DNA of 64,000 nucleotides from Octopus vulgaris (lineage: Eukaryota): the NCBI GenBank assembly GCA_951406725.2, contig OX597815.1:198710001-198774000 (forward strand), read 5' to 3'. Below, piece by piece: positions 13,987-28,477 of the stretch (position 1 is its first letter; each line of letters opens with the position of its first letter). The notes below the pieces were generated by a model. The model was given only the letters and a program-made list of their open reading frames with translations. It was not told the origin of the DNA and searched no databases. A program made the position numbers and the translations under genes.

Positions 13987-14536
13987 CAACTTACGATGAC
14001 AACGATGGTGATGATGATTATGATCATTGACAATGATGGTGAAAGTCATGATATATTCATAGATACTGTAATCGCTTCAGACATCTCACCTTTACTAATT
14101 AACTCACTTAACTGCCTTCAAGATTATCGCTGTTGTTATAATTGTATCGTGATAAACAACCAACACCATCACCAACACCACAACAACTACAACCATGGTC
14201 ATTATGAAGTATTACAGCCGTACATCAAGTTTATGTCCAACACTACCGCTAACAACCAATCTGCGCCAAAGTGGAATTTCCCAAGGTGTCGACCGACCTA
14301 CTAAAATTAGCCGTCAGACATTTCTGGAAAGCCAAACACAATCTGATGAAGGAAACGCGAGATAACGTTGGATACTCTGCGTTGTCGATAGAGCAAGCAA
14401 CCTGCTGGAGATGTTTTACTTGTTTCAAGCATTGGATTGCGGCCATGCTGTAGCACAGCCCTTATTCGATCGAATATATCCTCATTACTTGTTTTTAGAT
14501 CTTGCTTCTTATTCTATCGATTTTTTTTTTACCAAA

Positions 14537-14950
<414 letters not shown>

Positions 14951-16723
14951 TTATTATTTGTTGATTTACTGCTTGTCTAGGAAGATTGTTGTATAATACA
15001 TGGGGGAGAAACGGAAAAGAAGTCGCTCGACTGACTTGCACTTCAAATCATTTCTATACAATACTGTATATATGGGTGTATGTATGTGTATATGTACGTG
15101 TAATTCTAAGTGTAGTGCGTTGTTGGGTAAGGTCATCACCACATACAGTTTATGTACTTATATCTGCATGTACAAGTTTGTTTTGGATGCAGTTTTGTTG
15201 CTTTCGCTTAATGAAAGTGTTTCATTTTATGGGCGATTGCAGTATTTGTGGTGTATTTGCTCGCCTATATATGTGAGCTTATTTATGTTTAATTACCTAC
15301 TGTATATTACATTACTTCTAAGACAGCGTGAGCGTACGTGTATATAGTGAGGCAAACTATTGCTTATTAAGTATATGTCCGTAAATAACTTTATAATTGA
15401 TACGTACACACACTGTATCAATGGGTGTGCTTGTATGCAAATGATTAATAACAGGGCCCAGAACTCTAATATATATATATTTGCTCTCTACTGTTTCTTT
15501 GTAGGTCTAATGAAGTAAATTTTCCAATGGAGGCAGTAATTGTATTAACGTCAACAATTCTCGTACAGAAATTTTCGCTACCTCTCCAAATAAGATTAAC
15601 ACTAAAGAAAATTATGACATCAACAATTGCCAATGTAAATGAAAATTGTAGTTGTATTAACAATAATTTGCGCTAATGGAAATACATTATATGATAAATT
15701 ATTCTTTAACCAGTTCCATCCAGCCTACATTATTCAAGAGTAACAGTAATTTCCTCGGAGCCAAAGTTATAAAAGTTCAACTACAAACCATTTCACATTC
15801 AGATATAACCATCATAGATATACCGTTATGTCATAAATCCCAAACGATTTTGCCTGGGCATTATATTCAGGAATTAAAATCAAGTAATTTGAATTATATT
15901 ATAAAGGAACTCTTCAGTCTGCAATAGCCGACGGCCAATTGATGGATGTTTTTTTAGTATTTCTTTTATGAGAAAATGCTATGATGTTTGTGAAACATGC
16001 GCAGTCACCAACAAGATCTTCAATGGCATACAAAAAGAAAACAAAAACAGTGACTTCCTAATTTTTACACACATGATGAAAGAAACTGCGATTACGTTGT
16101 TGTAAATCTTTACACTTAAATCATTGATACACAAATCATCGTGATTTGGAATAAATTCACCCACGTTCAAACACTTCAAGTTCAGTAACCTTGACCGAGC
16201 AGCGCATCATATTGGATTTTATATGCTAATTAGTACATGTGCTTGTACATTATATCTATGTATGTGTGTATGTTAGCGTGCGCATTCAGCGTGTGTGTGC
16301 ATAAATGAAAAAAATGACAGAGGTAAAAAAATGTATATAGATGAAAATGTCTATGTAGAAAAGTGTATGTATTTGTGGCTATGTATGAACGTTTATCTAT
16401 GTGTGTATGCATGTATCTATACATATATATATATAACTGTATATATGTGTATATATATATATATATATTGTATACATATATGCATGTAAAAATACGAACA
16501 CACACACACATATATATATATACGTATATATGTATATATATATATATATGGGAAAATATACACACGCACACAAACACACACATAGTTGTGTTATAGATGT
16601 GATTGTGCATGGATATCTGTTTGGTGTGCGTACCGTGTGCGCGCTTGGGAATATTGACTCACAGGAGATTTGGCTTTTTGTAGCACATCAAGCATATACT
16701 AAGAACATTCTCATAGATCTTCT

Positions 16724-16819
<96 letters not shown>

Positions 16820-16838
16820 AGAAGTAGAAGAAGAAGAA

Positions 16839-16890
<52 letters not shown>

Positions 16891-16904
16891 AGCAACAACA
16901 ACAA

Positions 16905-18690
16905 TAAAGGAAAAGCCATTGTTGTGTGCAAAGGATGCTGAAAAGTGAAATGTTGCATCCAACTTTAGTCCAACAACGTGTCTTCGGCTAATGTGGACCC
17001 TAATGTCAAGTGTGTTAACCAGTGAACTGTATAGAAATCTGGAAAATAGTGGGCTGCTACCTATTGAACAGAAAGGGTGCCGATAGAACAGCAGGGAACG
17101 AAGAAGCATCTCTTAATTCATAATATAATTATCAGGAACTGCAGGAGAAGACACACAAACCTGAGAATGGCATGGGTTGACTATCGCAAAGCCTACGATA
17201 TGATACCTCAAATGGATGGATTAGCTGAAAAGATGAGAAGATTGATATGGAATAGCATGACATGTAGCAGAACGGAATTGACAGCGGGGAATAAAGTATT
17301 AAGAGAGGTAAAAATCAAGAGAGGTATCTTCCATGGGGACAGTGTATCTCCTACTAATCTTCAGGGTTGGAATGTTTCCCTCCAGTGAAATACTACAAAA
17401 AATCGAATTTGGGAAGGCGTAAGGGAAACCTGAACCATTTGCTATTCATGGACGATTTGAAGCTATTCATAAAAACAGAAGGAGAACTGGACAGCCTAGA
17501 CCAGTCTGTGCGGAATTTCTTCAATGATATTAAGATGGAGTTTGGACTCTGAAAATATGCTATGATAGTGATGAGGCGAGGAAAGTTTTTCAAAGCAGAA
17601 GGCATATGGTTGCCAAGTGGTGAAATGCTGAAGGCAGTTCCACCTCAATGCAGGTATAAATACCTGGGAATACTTGAAGCAGACGGAATCAAACACAATG
17701 ACATGACGGAAAAGGCAAAAAGAGACGACCTGCAAGGAGTGAGAAAAATATTGGCTTCAAAGCTGAATGCCAGAAACATAATTTCGGCAATAGCCTCGCG
17801 CGCAGTCGCAGTAGATCGGTATGGCGCTGGAAGGCGGCGAGCTGGCAGAAACGTTAGCACGCCGGGCGAAATGCTTAGCGGTATTTCGTCTGCGTTACGT
17901 TGTGAGTTCAAATTCCGCCGAGGTCGACTTTGCCTTTCATCCTTTCGGGGTCGATAAATTAAGCACCAGTTACGCACTGGGGTCGATGTAATCGACTTAA
18001 TACCTATGTCTGTCCTTGTTTGTCCCCCTCTGTGTTTAGCCCCTTGTGGGTAATAAAGAAACAGGTATGGCTCTGGAATCCTGAAGTAACCAGAGAAGGA
18101 ACTAAAAGAAATAGGCAGAAAGTCAAGAAAGCTTCTAACGATGCATGGTACCCATCATTTACGTGCAGACACTGATTGCCTATACATGAAGAGAGACAGG
18201 ACGTGATATGAGCACAAACTGCAGAGAGTGGTGGGGTCAGATGCCAGCAAAATGTTCTGAGGTTTCCCAACCCAAACAGATCAGGTGCTAAAGCATTACA
18301 GACCGAACTTAGCAGTGGTGGACAAGATGCACTACATATACTATATAGTTGATGTTGCATGTTCCTTTGACCCACGAATAGTCAAGAAGGAAGGCATAAA
18401 GATAAATAATTAGAAATAGCCCGGGTATGGAAAATGAAGAAAGTGAAGATACTGCCAATTATTGTTAGGTCCTTTGGAACAATATCAGAAGGTATCAAGT
18501 GGAATATAAAGGAAATTGGAATAGAGTGCCCAGTAGAACTGTAACAAAAGGTTTTGCCTCTTTGTCACGGCCAGAATAATCAGGAAAGTATTAGATAACT
18601 GAAAAGAATGGATAGCATGGTACCGTAGGTTGTAGGTATCAAACCCGCTATGCATGTAAGAATCCAGGAGCTCTAACAAAACTTGTGATA
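16905..18690 (+). mobile_element. R4/Dong-type LINE remnant (RT + RLE), interrupted by a SINE
   Basis: GTKKHLLI..RRRHTNLRMAWVDYRKAYD, IKRGIFHGDS.SP, NHLLFMDDLKLF, MEFGL, YKYLGILE; later IVDVAC; preceded by (AAT)n(GAA)n(CAA)n and ends at AATAATAAT. Confidence 0.88.
17833..18063 (+). mobile_element. SINE family B, full length with 15-bp TSD
   Basis: TSD GGTATGGC(G/T)CTGGAA at 17818-17832 and 18064-18078; head GGCGGCGAGCTGGCAGAAACG, B-box GAGTTCAAATTCC, core GCCTTTCATCCTTTCGGGGTCGATAAATTAAG. Confidence 0.92.
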
Positions 18691-18723
18691 AAGAGAAATA
18701 ATAATGACAGTCGTTATCATCAC

Positions 18724-18758
<35 letters not shown>

Positions 18759-18828
18759 ACATCATCATCATCATCATCATCATTATCATCATCACCACCA
18801 TCATCATCATCATCATTATCACCACCAC

Positions 18829-18863
<35 letters not shown>

Positions 18864-18867
18864 CCAC

Positions 18868-18910
<43 letters not shown>

Positions 18911-19584
18911 GTCGTCGTCGTCGTCGTCGGCGGCGGCGTCATCATTATCATCGTCATCATCATCGTCATCATATTTGATTTTTTGAAATTCGTCCGTATC
19001 ATTTCAGATTACAACAAATTGCATTCTGCTTTTTTTCCTTCCATCCATCTCTCTTCCTGCATCAACCCTACCAGCTTCACTTACTATAACCACTTTAACC
19101 ATCTTGGCCACTCTACATAATATATCACTCACTCTACTATCGCCATCTCACCACTCGTCTTCACAACTAACATCTTCGTAGCATTTCACTTTTCAATCGA
19201 CATTTATCAATGGAATTCAATTAATATATCTCTTCCTTATAAAGGAAAAGTTTCATTAACCATTAATTTTCGGTCAAGTCTTCGCAAATTTCCATTTCAA
19301 TGATTTCGTTTATATCCCAATCCTCAAGTAAAAGGACCCGCTACATCATACATCAACCTGGCAGCAATGCAGCCGCATCAACACTTTATCTTGTCTTTGA
19401 CATCATTTCTTAATTTTCATGAATATTACTCCGACGCAGAAAAGCAAAGATAATTGCAAAGCCTATCCAATACATACATAGAATACAAACGCTGTTTCTC
19501 AGTCTCTGATTTAATGAATTTCAGATTTAAGGGAACGAGTGATGAGAACGCTAATAATGATAACGAAATACTACTACTAAAAAT

Positions 19585-20333
19585 AATCCTTTCTGAAATT
19601 TGTGGGTGGGAGAGCTGGTCGATTACATCGACACCAGTATTTGAGTGGTACTAATTTCATCGACCGAGAAATAATGAACGGCAGAGTGGAGCTCGGCGGA
19701 ATTTGAACTCATACCGCTAAGCATTTCGCCCGGCTTGCTAACGATTCTAATTTCTTTATTGTCCACAAGGGGCTAAACATAGAGAGGACAAACAAGGACT
19801 GACCGATTATATTGACCCCAGTAACTGGTACTTAATCTATTGACCCTGAACGGATGAAAGACAAAGTCGACCTCGGCGGAATTTGAACTCAGAACGTACC
19901 GGCAAACGAAATACCTATTTCTTTACTACCCACAAGGAGCTAAACACAGAGGGGACGAACAAGGACAGACAAACGGATCAAGCCGATTACATCGACCCCA
20001 GTGCATAACTTGTACTTATTGAATCGACCCCAAAAGGATGAAAGGTAAAGTCGACCTCGGCGGAATTTGAACTCGGAACGTAGCGACAGACGAAATACCT
20101 ATTTCTTTACTACCCACAAGGGGCTAAACACAGAGAGGACAAATAAGGACAGACAAACGGATTAAGTCGATTACATCGACTCCAGTGCGTAACTGGTACT
20201 TAATTTATCGACCCCGAAAGGATGAAAGGCAAAGTCGACCTCGGCGAAATTTGAACTCAGAATACTGAGTAACGTCAGACGAAATACGGCTATGCGTTTC
20301 GCCCAGCGTGCTAACGTTTCTGCCAGCTCGCCG
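19585..20333 (-). mobile_element. Tandem array of SINE family B (one head, three ~184-bp bodies) plus an adjacent older copy
   Basis: GAAATACCTATTTCTTTACTACCCACAAG at 19908 and 20092; core repeated at ~19850, ~20030 and ~20215. Confidence 0.85.
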
Positions 20334-20403
20334 TCATGCCATTATCAAAATAATGAGGAGGAGGATAATAACAATAATAATAATGATGATGATGATGATG
20401 AGG

Positions 20404-20470
<67 letters not shown>

Positions 20471-20471
<1 letters not shown>

Positions 20472-20803
20472 CAGTTGAGCATAATAATAATAGTGACTGA
20501 CGATATGTGCATCTCTGATCACGAGCAGAAGTAGTGGGGGAGCATCATAGCCATGTGTTGAGAGGAATTCTTTGGGGTTTGAATAATTCACCTCTGAAAT
20601 TTATGGGTGGTTCTGATTCAACATCCTTAAACAACCCTTATTCAGATGGACAGTTTGAGCGGGATATAATAATAACCTGAAGAAAATTAATAACTGGGCC
20701 CCACCTGCAAGGTCATGTGCTAATAATAATATAATAATGGTATGAGATCACCATTGAATAGCTTCGTATATTTAGTAATAATAATACTTTGATGGCATAA
20801 TGC

Positions 20804-20805
<2 letters not shown>
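20471..20805 (+). mobile_element. Second copy of the unclassified (AAT)n-associated repeat, patched with AAT runs
   Basis: Aligns piecewise with 11493-11727. Confidence 0.6.
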
Positions 20806-20835
<30 letters not shown>

Positions 20836-21396
20836 GAATCTACAGAACACCAAAAAGTCTTTGAAGCAATGCATCCAGGTCATGGCTCAGGTAATTAGAT
20901 GAAAAAAGAGATGCAAGTTCTAGAACAAAAAATATGAAATCTTTGAAACTGACGAAACCTAATTTTACCAGGTGATAGGGAAAAACCCAACTGAGGTCAA
21001 GGAACCACTTAACATGCACAAGGGTCAACAATTCTGAGAAAATATATGGAGCAGTAAAACAAAGTCAATGTAGGAGCTGAATCGATTAAAAGAGAAATAG
21101 ACAGAATGAGAGGTATTAACCATCAGGAATGATTTGAAAGAGAGCTGCGAGAGCTAAGGCAGGCATTTAGACAATCACGTAAATGGAAATCACCTAGAAC
21201 AGACCAAATACCTAACTATTTGTTAAATGCACTTACATGAAATTATGTCTATAATACAAACCAGGAACGAAATCCTGAACTGGCTGACACAAGACAGAAC
21301 ATACAATCAGACAAAAGCAGATGAAACAAAATACAAAATACACTATAGGTCAATAAGCTGTCTTATTACGAGGTACCAAGTACTGACATCTATACT

Positions 21397-21771
21397 GGAT
21401 GGAAGCACTCCGTCGGTTACGACGATGAGGGTTCCGGTTGATCCGAATCAACGGAACAGCCTGCTCGTGAAATTAACGTGTAAGTGGCTAAGCACTCCAC
21501 AGACACGTGCACCCTTCGGCTGATATTCAGCGTGACACAGAGTGACAAGGCCGGCCTCTTGAAATACAGGTACAATAGAAACAGGAAGTAAGAGTGAGAG
21601 AAAGTTGTGGTGAAAGAGTACAGCAGGGATCACCACCATCCCCTGTCGGAGCCTCGTGGAGCTTTTAGGTGTTTTCGCTCAATAAACACTCACAACGCCC
21701 GGTCTGGGAATCGAAACCGCGATCCTATGACCGAGAGTCCGCTGCCCTAACCACTGGGCCATTACGCCTCC
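21397..21771 (-). mobile_element. tRNA-derived SINE family C (probably OR1-type) with 15-bp TSD
   Basis: Head GGAGGCGTAATGGCCCAGTGGTTAGGGCAGCGGACTCTCGG..GGTTTCGATTCCC; perfect TSD ACTGACATCTATACT at 21382-21396 and 21772-21786. Confidence 0.92.
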
Positions 21772-22050
21772 ACTGACATCTATACTAATACTGTGATGAA
21801 AATGAAATCATTCCACAAGAACAAAAGGAGGGAAGCGGAACTCTTTTGGATGCAAAGCTCAAGTGTTGCTTAATGGCATAATTCTAGAAAACTTTTGCTC
21901 CTAAATGAGAAATCTATGCATTGCTTGGATTGATTATTAAAAAGAGCCTGTGATATTGGAAGTCGTAGAAATTTGCAAACTACCTTCCATAATACATTAT
22001 TTACATTATTTACATTCGACGGATATTTGTCCTCATCTTGTTTATTGTTA

Positions 22051-22094
22051 ACACAACGTTTCGGCTGATATACCCTCCAGCCTTCATCAGGTGT
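22051..22094 (-). ncRNA. Minimal type-I hammerhead ribozyme
   Basis: ACAC-CUGAUGA-A-GGCUG-gaggguauau-CAGCC-GAA-ACGU-U-GUGU: stem I ACAC/GUGU, stem II GGCUG/CAGCC, intact core, palindromic ACGU instead of stem III. Confidence 0.85.
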
Positions 22095-22178
22095 CTTGGT
22101 GAAATTTCGAACCTGGGTTCTCATTCTTAAGATATTTTCGATGTTCTTCTTCCTTTTCTTCTTCTTCTTCTTCTTCTT

Positions 22179-22332
<154 letters not shown>

Positions 22333-22392
22333 TTGTTGTTGTTGTTATTGTGCAGGTAACTGCTTGGAATCGAACTCAGAAATTTCCCCAAG

Positions 22393-22436
22393 ACACCTGA
22401 AGAAGTCTGGAGGATATATCAGCCGAAACGTTGTGT
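22393..22436 (+). ncRNA. Minimal type-I hammerhead ribozyme (inverted partner)
   Basis: ACAC-CUGAAGA-A-GUCUG...CAGCC-GAAACGUU-GUGU; one stem II mismatch. Confidence 0.75.
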
Positions 22437-23742
22437 TAACAACAAACAAGATGAGGACAAATATCCGTCAAATGTAAATAATGTAAATAATGCAAATAAC
22501 GTACATAATTCCTCATCTCTTAAATATAGAATAAACTAATATCTTCCATGATATCTAATAGTCAAATAAACTTTAAATTAATTGCAGAACATTGCAAAGC
22601 AACTCTCACTCTCTCTCTCTCTCTCTCCTCTCTTTTCTGGCCTTGCTCTCTCTCTAATATCAAGTGAGCTCAACGACATGGGATATGAGTATGAGATGAA
22701 GAGCAAAAAAGAAGGCATTAACCTTTTTTTTTTTTGTTGTTGTTGATGATCTGAAATTCTATGTTGAAAATAACCAAGAGTTGAGACTTCTAACAACTGT
22801 AAAGTAATACAGAAATATCATTGGCATGGAATTTGGCCTTGACAAGTAGGTTAAAGCAACGTCTAAAAGAGGAAATGCAACAAAAATATCACCTGTCAAG
22901 CTCGATATAGATAGAACCATAAAGGAAGTTAAGCCCAGAAGGCACCTATAAAATCTCTTGGCATAAACGAAGGTGATAAAATTAAACACATTCAAATGAA
23001 AGAGAAAATACAAAAGCAAGAAAGAATAAACTGATATTTGTTATAGTAAGAAATAATAGAAATTTTATATGAACACTTCCGTAGTCAGCTGATGTAATAT
23101 CTTGTCGTCTGGAATCTGTAATTCTTTAAGAAGTTAATATTCTCTATTGAAATATAAGCTCTCACCTACGGAGAAGAAAGAAAAGAACAGTGACATATTT
23201 ATCAATTAACTTCTATTTTGTTCAACTGAGGGCATTCTAGTTCATACGTCTGTATCTCACGTAGGAATAACAAAATACTTGTGAAACACAAGTGACAAAA
23301 TACGGAAATATGTGGTAAAATTCATGAACAGTGAAACGTGTGCGATTCGAAATGTAACAATTATAGGAGTATTGTTAAGGTGTTCAAATTTCTATTCAAT
23401 TACAAGCATAACTAAGACTAAAATATATCTTACAGAATTACATAGAAAAGATGTTACGTTTAGTTAAAAATTTGTGAACTGGGTTTCTAAAAGAAAAACG
23501 GGGTTGACTTATTTCGCCTTCTCAGAAGAAACTGGATTGGAAAGTTTACTTTTAACATACTATAAATGCTAAATTTTTAAGACAAAAGTCAAACGTTCTT
23601 ATAAGTACAATTGTGTATCGACTGAACTGTATTTCTTGGTGAGACCGCATTTGTAATCGAACACTTTCCGTCCTGTCTCGATGGTCAGTGCTAAATGCTT
23701 TCATGTCATCGCTTATGTTTTTTTAATTTTATTTATTTATTT

Positions 23743-23922
23743 ATGTGGCTGTGTAGTTAGTAGCTTGTTTACCATCCATATGGTTCCGGGTTCATTCCCA
23801 CTGCTTGTCACCTTGGGCATGTGTCTTCTACTATAGTCTCGGGGCGACCAAAGCCTTGAGAGTGGATTTGGTAGACAGAAACTGAAAGGAGCCTGTCGTA
23901 TATATGTAGATATATATATATA

Positions 23923-23960
<38 letters not shown>

Positions 23961-24158
23961 TGTGTCTGTGTTTGTCCACCCAATATCGCTTGACAACTGA
24001 TGGTTGTGTGTTTACGTCCCCGTAACTTAGCGGTTCGGCAAAAGAGACCGATAGAATATGTACTACGCTTACAAAGAATAAGTCCTGGGGGCGATTTGCT
24101 CGACTAAAGGCGGTGCCCCAGCATGACCGCAGTCAAATGACTGAAACAAGTAAAAGAG
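23743..24158 (+). mobile_element. SINE family A
   Basis: Near full-length match to 9442-9880. Confidence 0.88.
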
Positions 24159-24310
24159 TTATAGTGATGTAGAGGATGTGTTTATATAAAAGAATCATAG
24201 TACATAAAATGATTAGATTATAAATTGCCTTGATGCAGCATCCAAATTTCCGTTCAAGTCCATATATTACAATGCTTCGAAAATACGTTTTTCAGTTCAA
24301 TTTCTGAAAC

Positions 24311-24683
24311 ATGTGGCTGCGTGGTAAGTAGTTTACTTGCAAACCACATGGTTCCGGGTTCAGTCCCACTGCGTGGCACCTTGTGTAAGTGTCTTCTACT
24401 ATAGCCTCAGGCCGACCAAAGCCTTTGTGAGTAGATTTGGTAGAGAGAAACTGAAAGAAGCCCGTCGTCTATATGTTTGTGTGCATGTGTTTGTCCTCGC
24501 AACATCGCTTGACAACCGATACTGGTGCGTTTATGCCCCCGTAACTTAGCGGTTCGGCAAAAGATATGGATAGAATAAGTACTAGGCTTACAAAGAATAA
24601 GTCCTGGGATTGATTTGTTCGACTAAAGGCGGTGCTCCAGCATGTCTGCTGTCAAAATGACTGAAACAAATTAAAAGAATAAA
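24311..24683 (+). mobile_element. SINE family A
   Basis: Second copy ~150 bp downstream, same orientation. Confidence 0.85.
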
Positions 24684-25058
24684 ATAATATACACCCATAT
24701 ATTGTATAATTGCCAGACCTCTATTTAGCATTGGTCTGAATGTCTTCAATGGGAATTCTTTTCATTTCTCAATAAACTTAAGCTCGTCCTGTATGTAAGC
24801 ATGATCTCATGGGAAAATACGATTGAGAGAGGGCGGTGGTATTAAAACAAGGCACTAGCTCGTGCTCAGCAACTTGGAAAGTGTACTAACCTATATTTCA
24901 CAACATCTACATGTGTGTGTTTGTGCGAATACTTATATGAATACTTGCGTGTGTTTTAATACAATTGTGTGAGAGAGCTTATGTACGTCTGTGCATGTCT
25001 GTAAGCATGTTTATGTATCAGTATGTCTGTGTGTATCATAATATACATACATATATAT

Positions 25059-26025
25059 ATATATTAATAAATAAAACATATGCATATATATATACATATA
25101 TGTACGTACCAACCTCTACATGTATATATACACGCATATATGAGTACAGGACACCAAAAAAACGTCGAACACAATGAGAAACGAAAACATAGACACAAAC
25201 CCAGGGAACTGGACATTTTTTTAACAACAAAAAAATATAGAGTACAGGACAATTAACACAAAGAAATTACCCCTTCTTCAGTCGCCATGGTTTCATCTAC
25301 TCTACGTTTCGAAGGTGAAAGCGAGACGTATCTTCGATAAGAAACTTTCCTTCCTGCGAAAAGCAAATCAATTAAAATTTGAGATCTTTTCGCAGAGGGG
25401 TAAAAATGGTAACAAAAACAGGACAGTAACGACAGTACAAAATATAAGCAGTAAAAGACAGGACAAGGAAAAACAAGATAAGAAGGTCTGATAACGCCGA
25501 ACGAAAAAGAGTATTACGAACGCTGATTTTTTTGTGAACGACGCACGGAGCAAAAAGAATTGACGTCCACACCTTGAGGAGGTCAAGCAAGAAAAGACAG
25601 TAGCGGAAGTCTCGTCGCGGTTCAACGACGGGAGGGGGGAGGAGGAGCAAGAGAAAGGGAGAGAAGAAAGGGGAATGGTTGTGAGGAAACCATGAAGAAT
25701 GAGAGAGGGAGGAGAGAGAGAGAGTGAAGAATGAGAGAGAGGGAGAGACAAGTTAAGTAGAGGAAAAGGAAATCAAAGAAGGAAGGCTGAGAAAGGGATG
25801 GGACAGAAAGGTTTAGAGTGCGCATCAAAGTTAATATCAAGAACAAAACTTAATATAAAGAACAATCTTACTTAAAAAGGGATGCGTGCGTTTCGTCATA
25901 TAATATATTAATAAATAAAACATATGCATATATATATACATATATGTACGTACCAACCTCTACATGTATATATACACGCATATATGAGTACAGGACACCA
26001 AAAAAAAACGTCGAACACAATGAGA
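25059..26025. mobile_element. Non-coding element bounded by ~120-bp direct repeats (possible Penelope-like partial tandem)
   Basis: 25059-25179 and 25903-26025 are near-identical (ATATATTAATAAATAAAACATATG...CAGGACACCAAAAAA.CGTCGAACACAATGAGA). Confidence 0.55.
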
Positions 26026-26332
26026 TATATATATATATTGTGTGTGTGTATTTGTATGTATATGTCTATAGTTGAGTATCTATGTACAATTATTGTGTGG
26101 TCGTTTTGGAGTGTAGTGAACAGAACTTCTGTGCGTATGCATGTGTCAGGTCAGTCTGTGAGTGTATACGTTTAAGTGCGTCAACAAATGATAAAATGTA
26201 ATTAATAACAGTTCAAATCCCCACTAGAAACTTTGGAGAGGAATTTGTGAAAAATATCTCTTTACAAGTGCATATATACACATATGACCCTTTGTTTGTT
26301 TCAGTGAATGTGTATACGTTTTTATATCAAGG

Positions 26333-26389
<57 letters not shown>

Positions 26390-27403
26390 ATATGATCCAT
26401 ATTCTTGTATGGTTTAGTATGTTTCTACGTGTACTAATTTATGCGTGAATTTTGGCTGGTATACTTACACGCCTATATGTAATGTATGTGTATATTGATC
26501 TTCATAGTGATAATATTGCTGATGTTACTGATGATGATGATGATGATGATTGTGGTTCTTCCCAGCTTCTTCGTAGCATTGTTAACATTGGGGGATTGAA
26601 ACTAATCTCCAAGTAAAAACATTGCTATTTATTATTGAGGGACCATAACTGCACTTTGTGTAACCATAACATTATATGTTTCAATATACTTTGGGGAGAT
26701 TTATGTGTATGTGTGTGTGTTTGTGTTTGTATGTGTGTGTGTGTGTTTGTGTGTGTGTTTCCTTGTTTGTATGAGTCCATGTCTGTGCATATACGAGTAT
26801 GGGTGAATGCGTCTATGTACAAGTATATTGCTGCATAAAAATATATGTATGTATGTGCGTAGACATTACCAGGATCACGTATACATATTTAGATTAGTAA
26901 GCACACACAGATACACAGATACGCAGATACATGGACACATGCACCATGCAATACATCCATACATATGTAAGTACGTACATATATAAATACAAGAGTCTTT
27001 GAACATGTGCAAAAGCCATTGAATACTCAAGAGGAACTTCAACAAAATGCTGTTGCCTAATTTAATGGAATTCTCATGCAAAATATGGATTCGGGCAGAT
27101 GACTTGCCGTTCGTTTATCTCACACTAATTTAATAGATTCCCGAGATGAATTATTGATTTATGTTGCTTATAACTTTAGGAAACAAAAACTGCTTTTGAT
27201 TTGGACTTTGCTCTGTAATTAAAGCCAAGTAAAGCTACTGTGTGGGTGTATATACATACATACATACATATATGCGTGTGGGGGGGTGCACGCTTGTGTG
27301 TACATACCTATATGTATGATATATATATATAATATATATGTATGTATAAATACACAGACACACAGACACACACACACAGAAACAGACACACACGCACACA
27401 CAC

Positions 27404-27441
<38 letters not shown>

Positions 27442-27569
27442 GCAGTTTGAATTTCAAACTATCTCCTTGCTACAATTCTCTAACATTATTTCTTTCTTCT
27501 TTTCTTCCGCATCTTCGCATCCTTTTTTCTTTTCACTATCCCTTTTTCTATGTCTGATCTCTCTCTCTC

Positions 27570-27609
<40 letters not shown>

Positions 27610-27610
27610 C

Positions 27611-27665
<55 letters not shown>

Positions 27666-28308
27666 GTGTGTGTGTATCTCTTTCTCACTACATATCTCTC
27701 TAAGTCTTCTCATTTTGGTTATAACTCCTTCCTCTCAAACATGCAAGCATGCGCTTTAGCTCGGTCACGCATGTACACACACACAAATATTATATGCAAC
27801 TCAAAGTACTGCTTTCTTAATTTGAATATCCTCTGTAAGAGATACATATATCGCCTATGTACAGTTGTTAAGCATTTATATAACATATATGAGTATGTCA
27901 GAATGTTCGGCGCGAGCAACCATCCATATTAATGTATACTATTACACACAGAAACAGACATATACATACACATAGATATAGAGATGTATTATGCATGTAT
28001 GTGTGTACGTGTTTGTGTGTATTGACTTTTCACTTAACTGACAGCAGATATGCACTAGCCAGCGTAGAAACACACAAAACATGTAATTGGATGGTACCAT
28101 GTTGTTTTGGACACTATTTCCTATATTTACAGCAGGATCCCGACGAATGAATTCTTAATTCAGGTCTTTAAGTCACTAGTTATTTGCAGCCCATTTTTGT
28201 ATTTCCTTTGGTATTCCGCCATACATTTATTTCGAATCAGTCTACCAATATTATATGCATACAAGCTTTTTGCTGTAAACAGTCGTTTCGAATTTAGCAC
28301 TATTTTTT

Positions 28309-28477
28309 AATTCAATTCAATTCAATTTATTAGCTCAAAATGCAAAAAGCAAGGCAATGTAGGGGGACAGGGAGTTATGTACAGGGAAGGTGGTCATACA
28401 AAGAGTTCAGGCCATTTCTGGTCAAGAGAGACTTTGAACCGAGCGGTCGTCGGCATCTTCACTATATCGTTATACAT
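28309..28477 (-). mobile_element. CR1-like LINE extreme 3' end with (ATTGA)n tail; shorter copy at ~42970-43047
   Basis: Minus strand ..DIVKMPTTARFKVSLDQKWPELFV*, then 3' UTR and TTGAATTGAATTGAATT. Confidence 0.65.

Noticed and set aside
19750-20333. CRISPR-like regular repeats
   Set aside because: Whole units repeat with no unique spacers; eukaryotic SINE concatemer.
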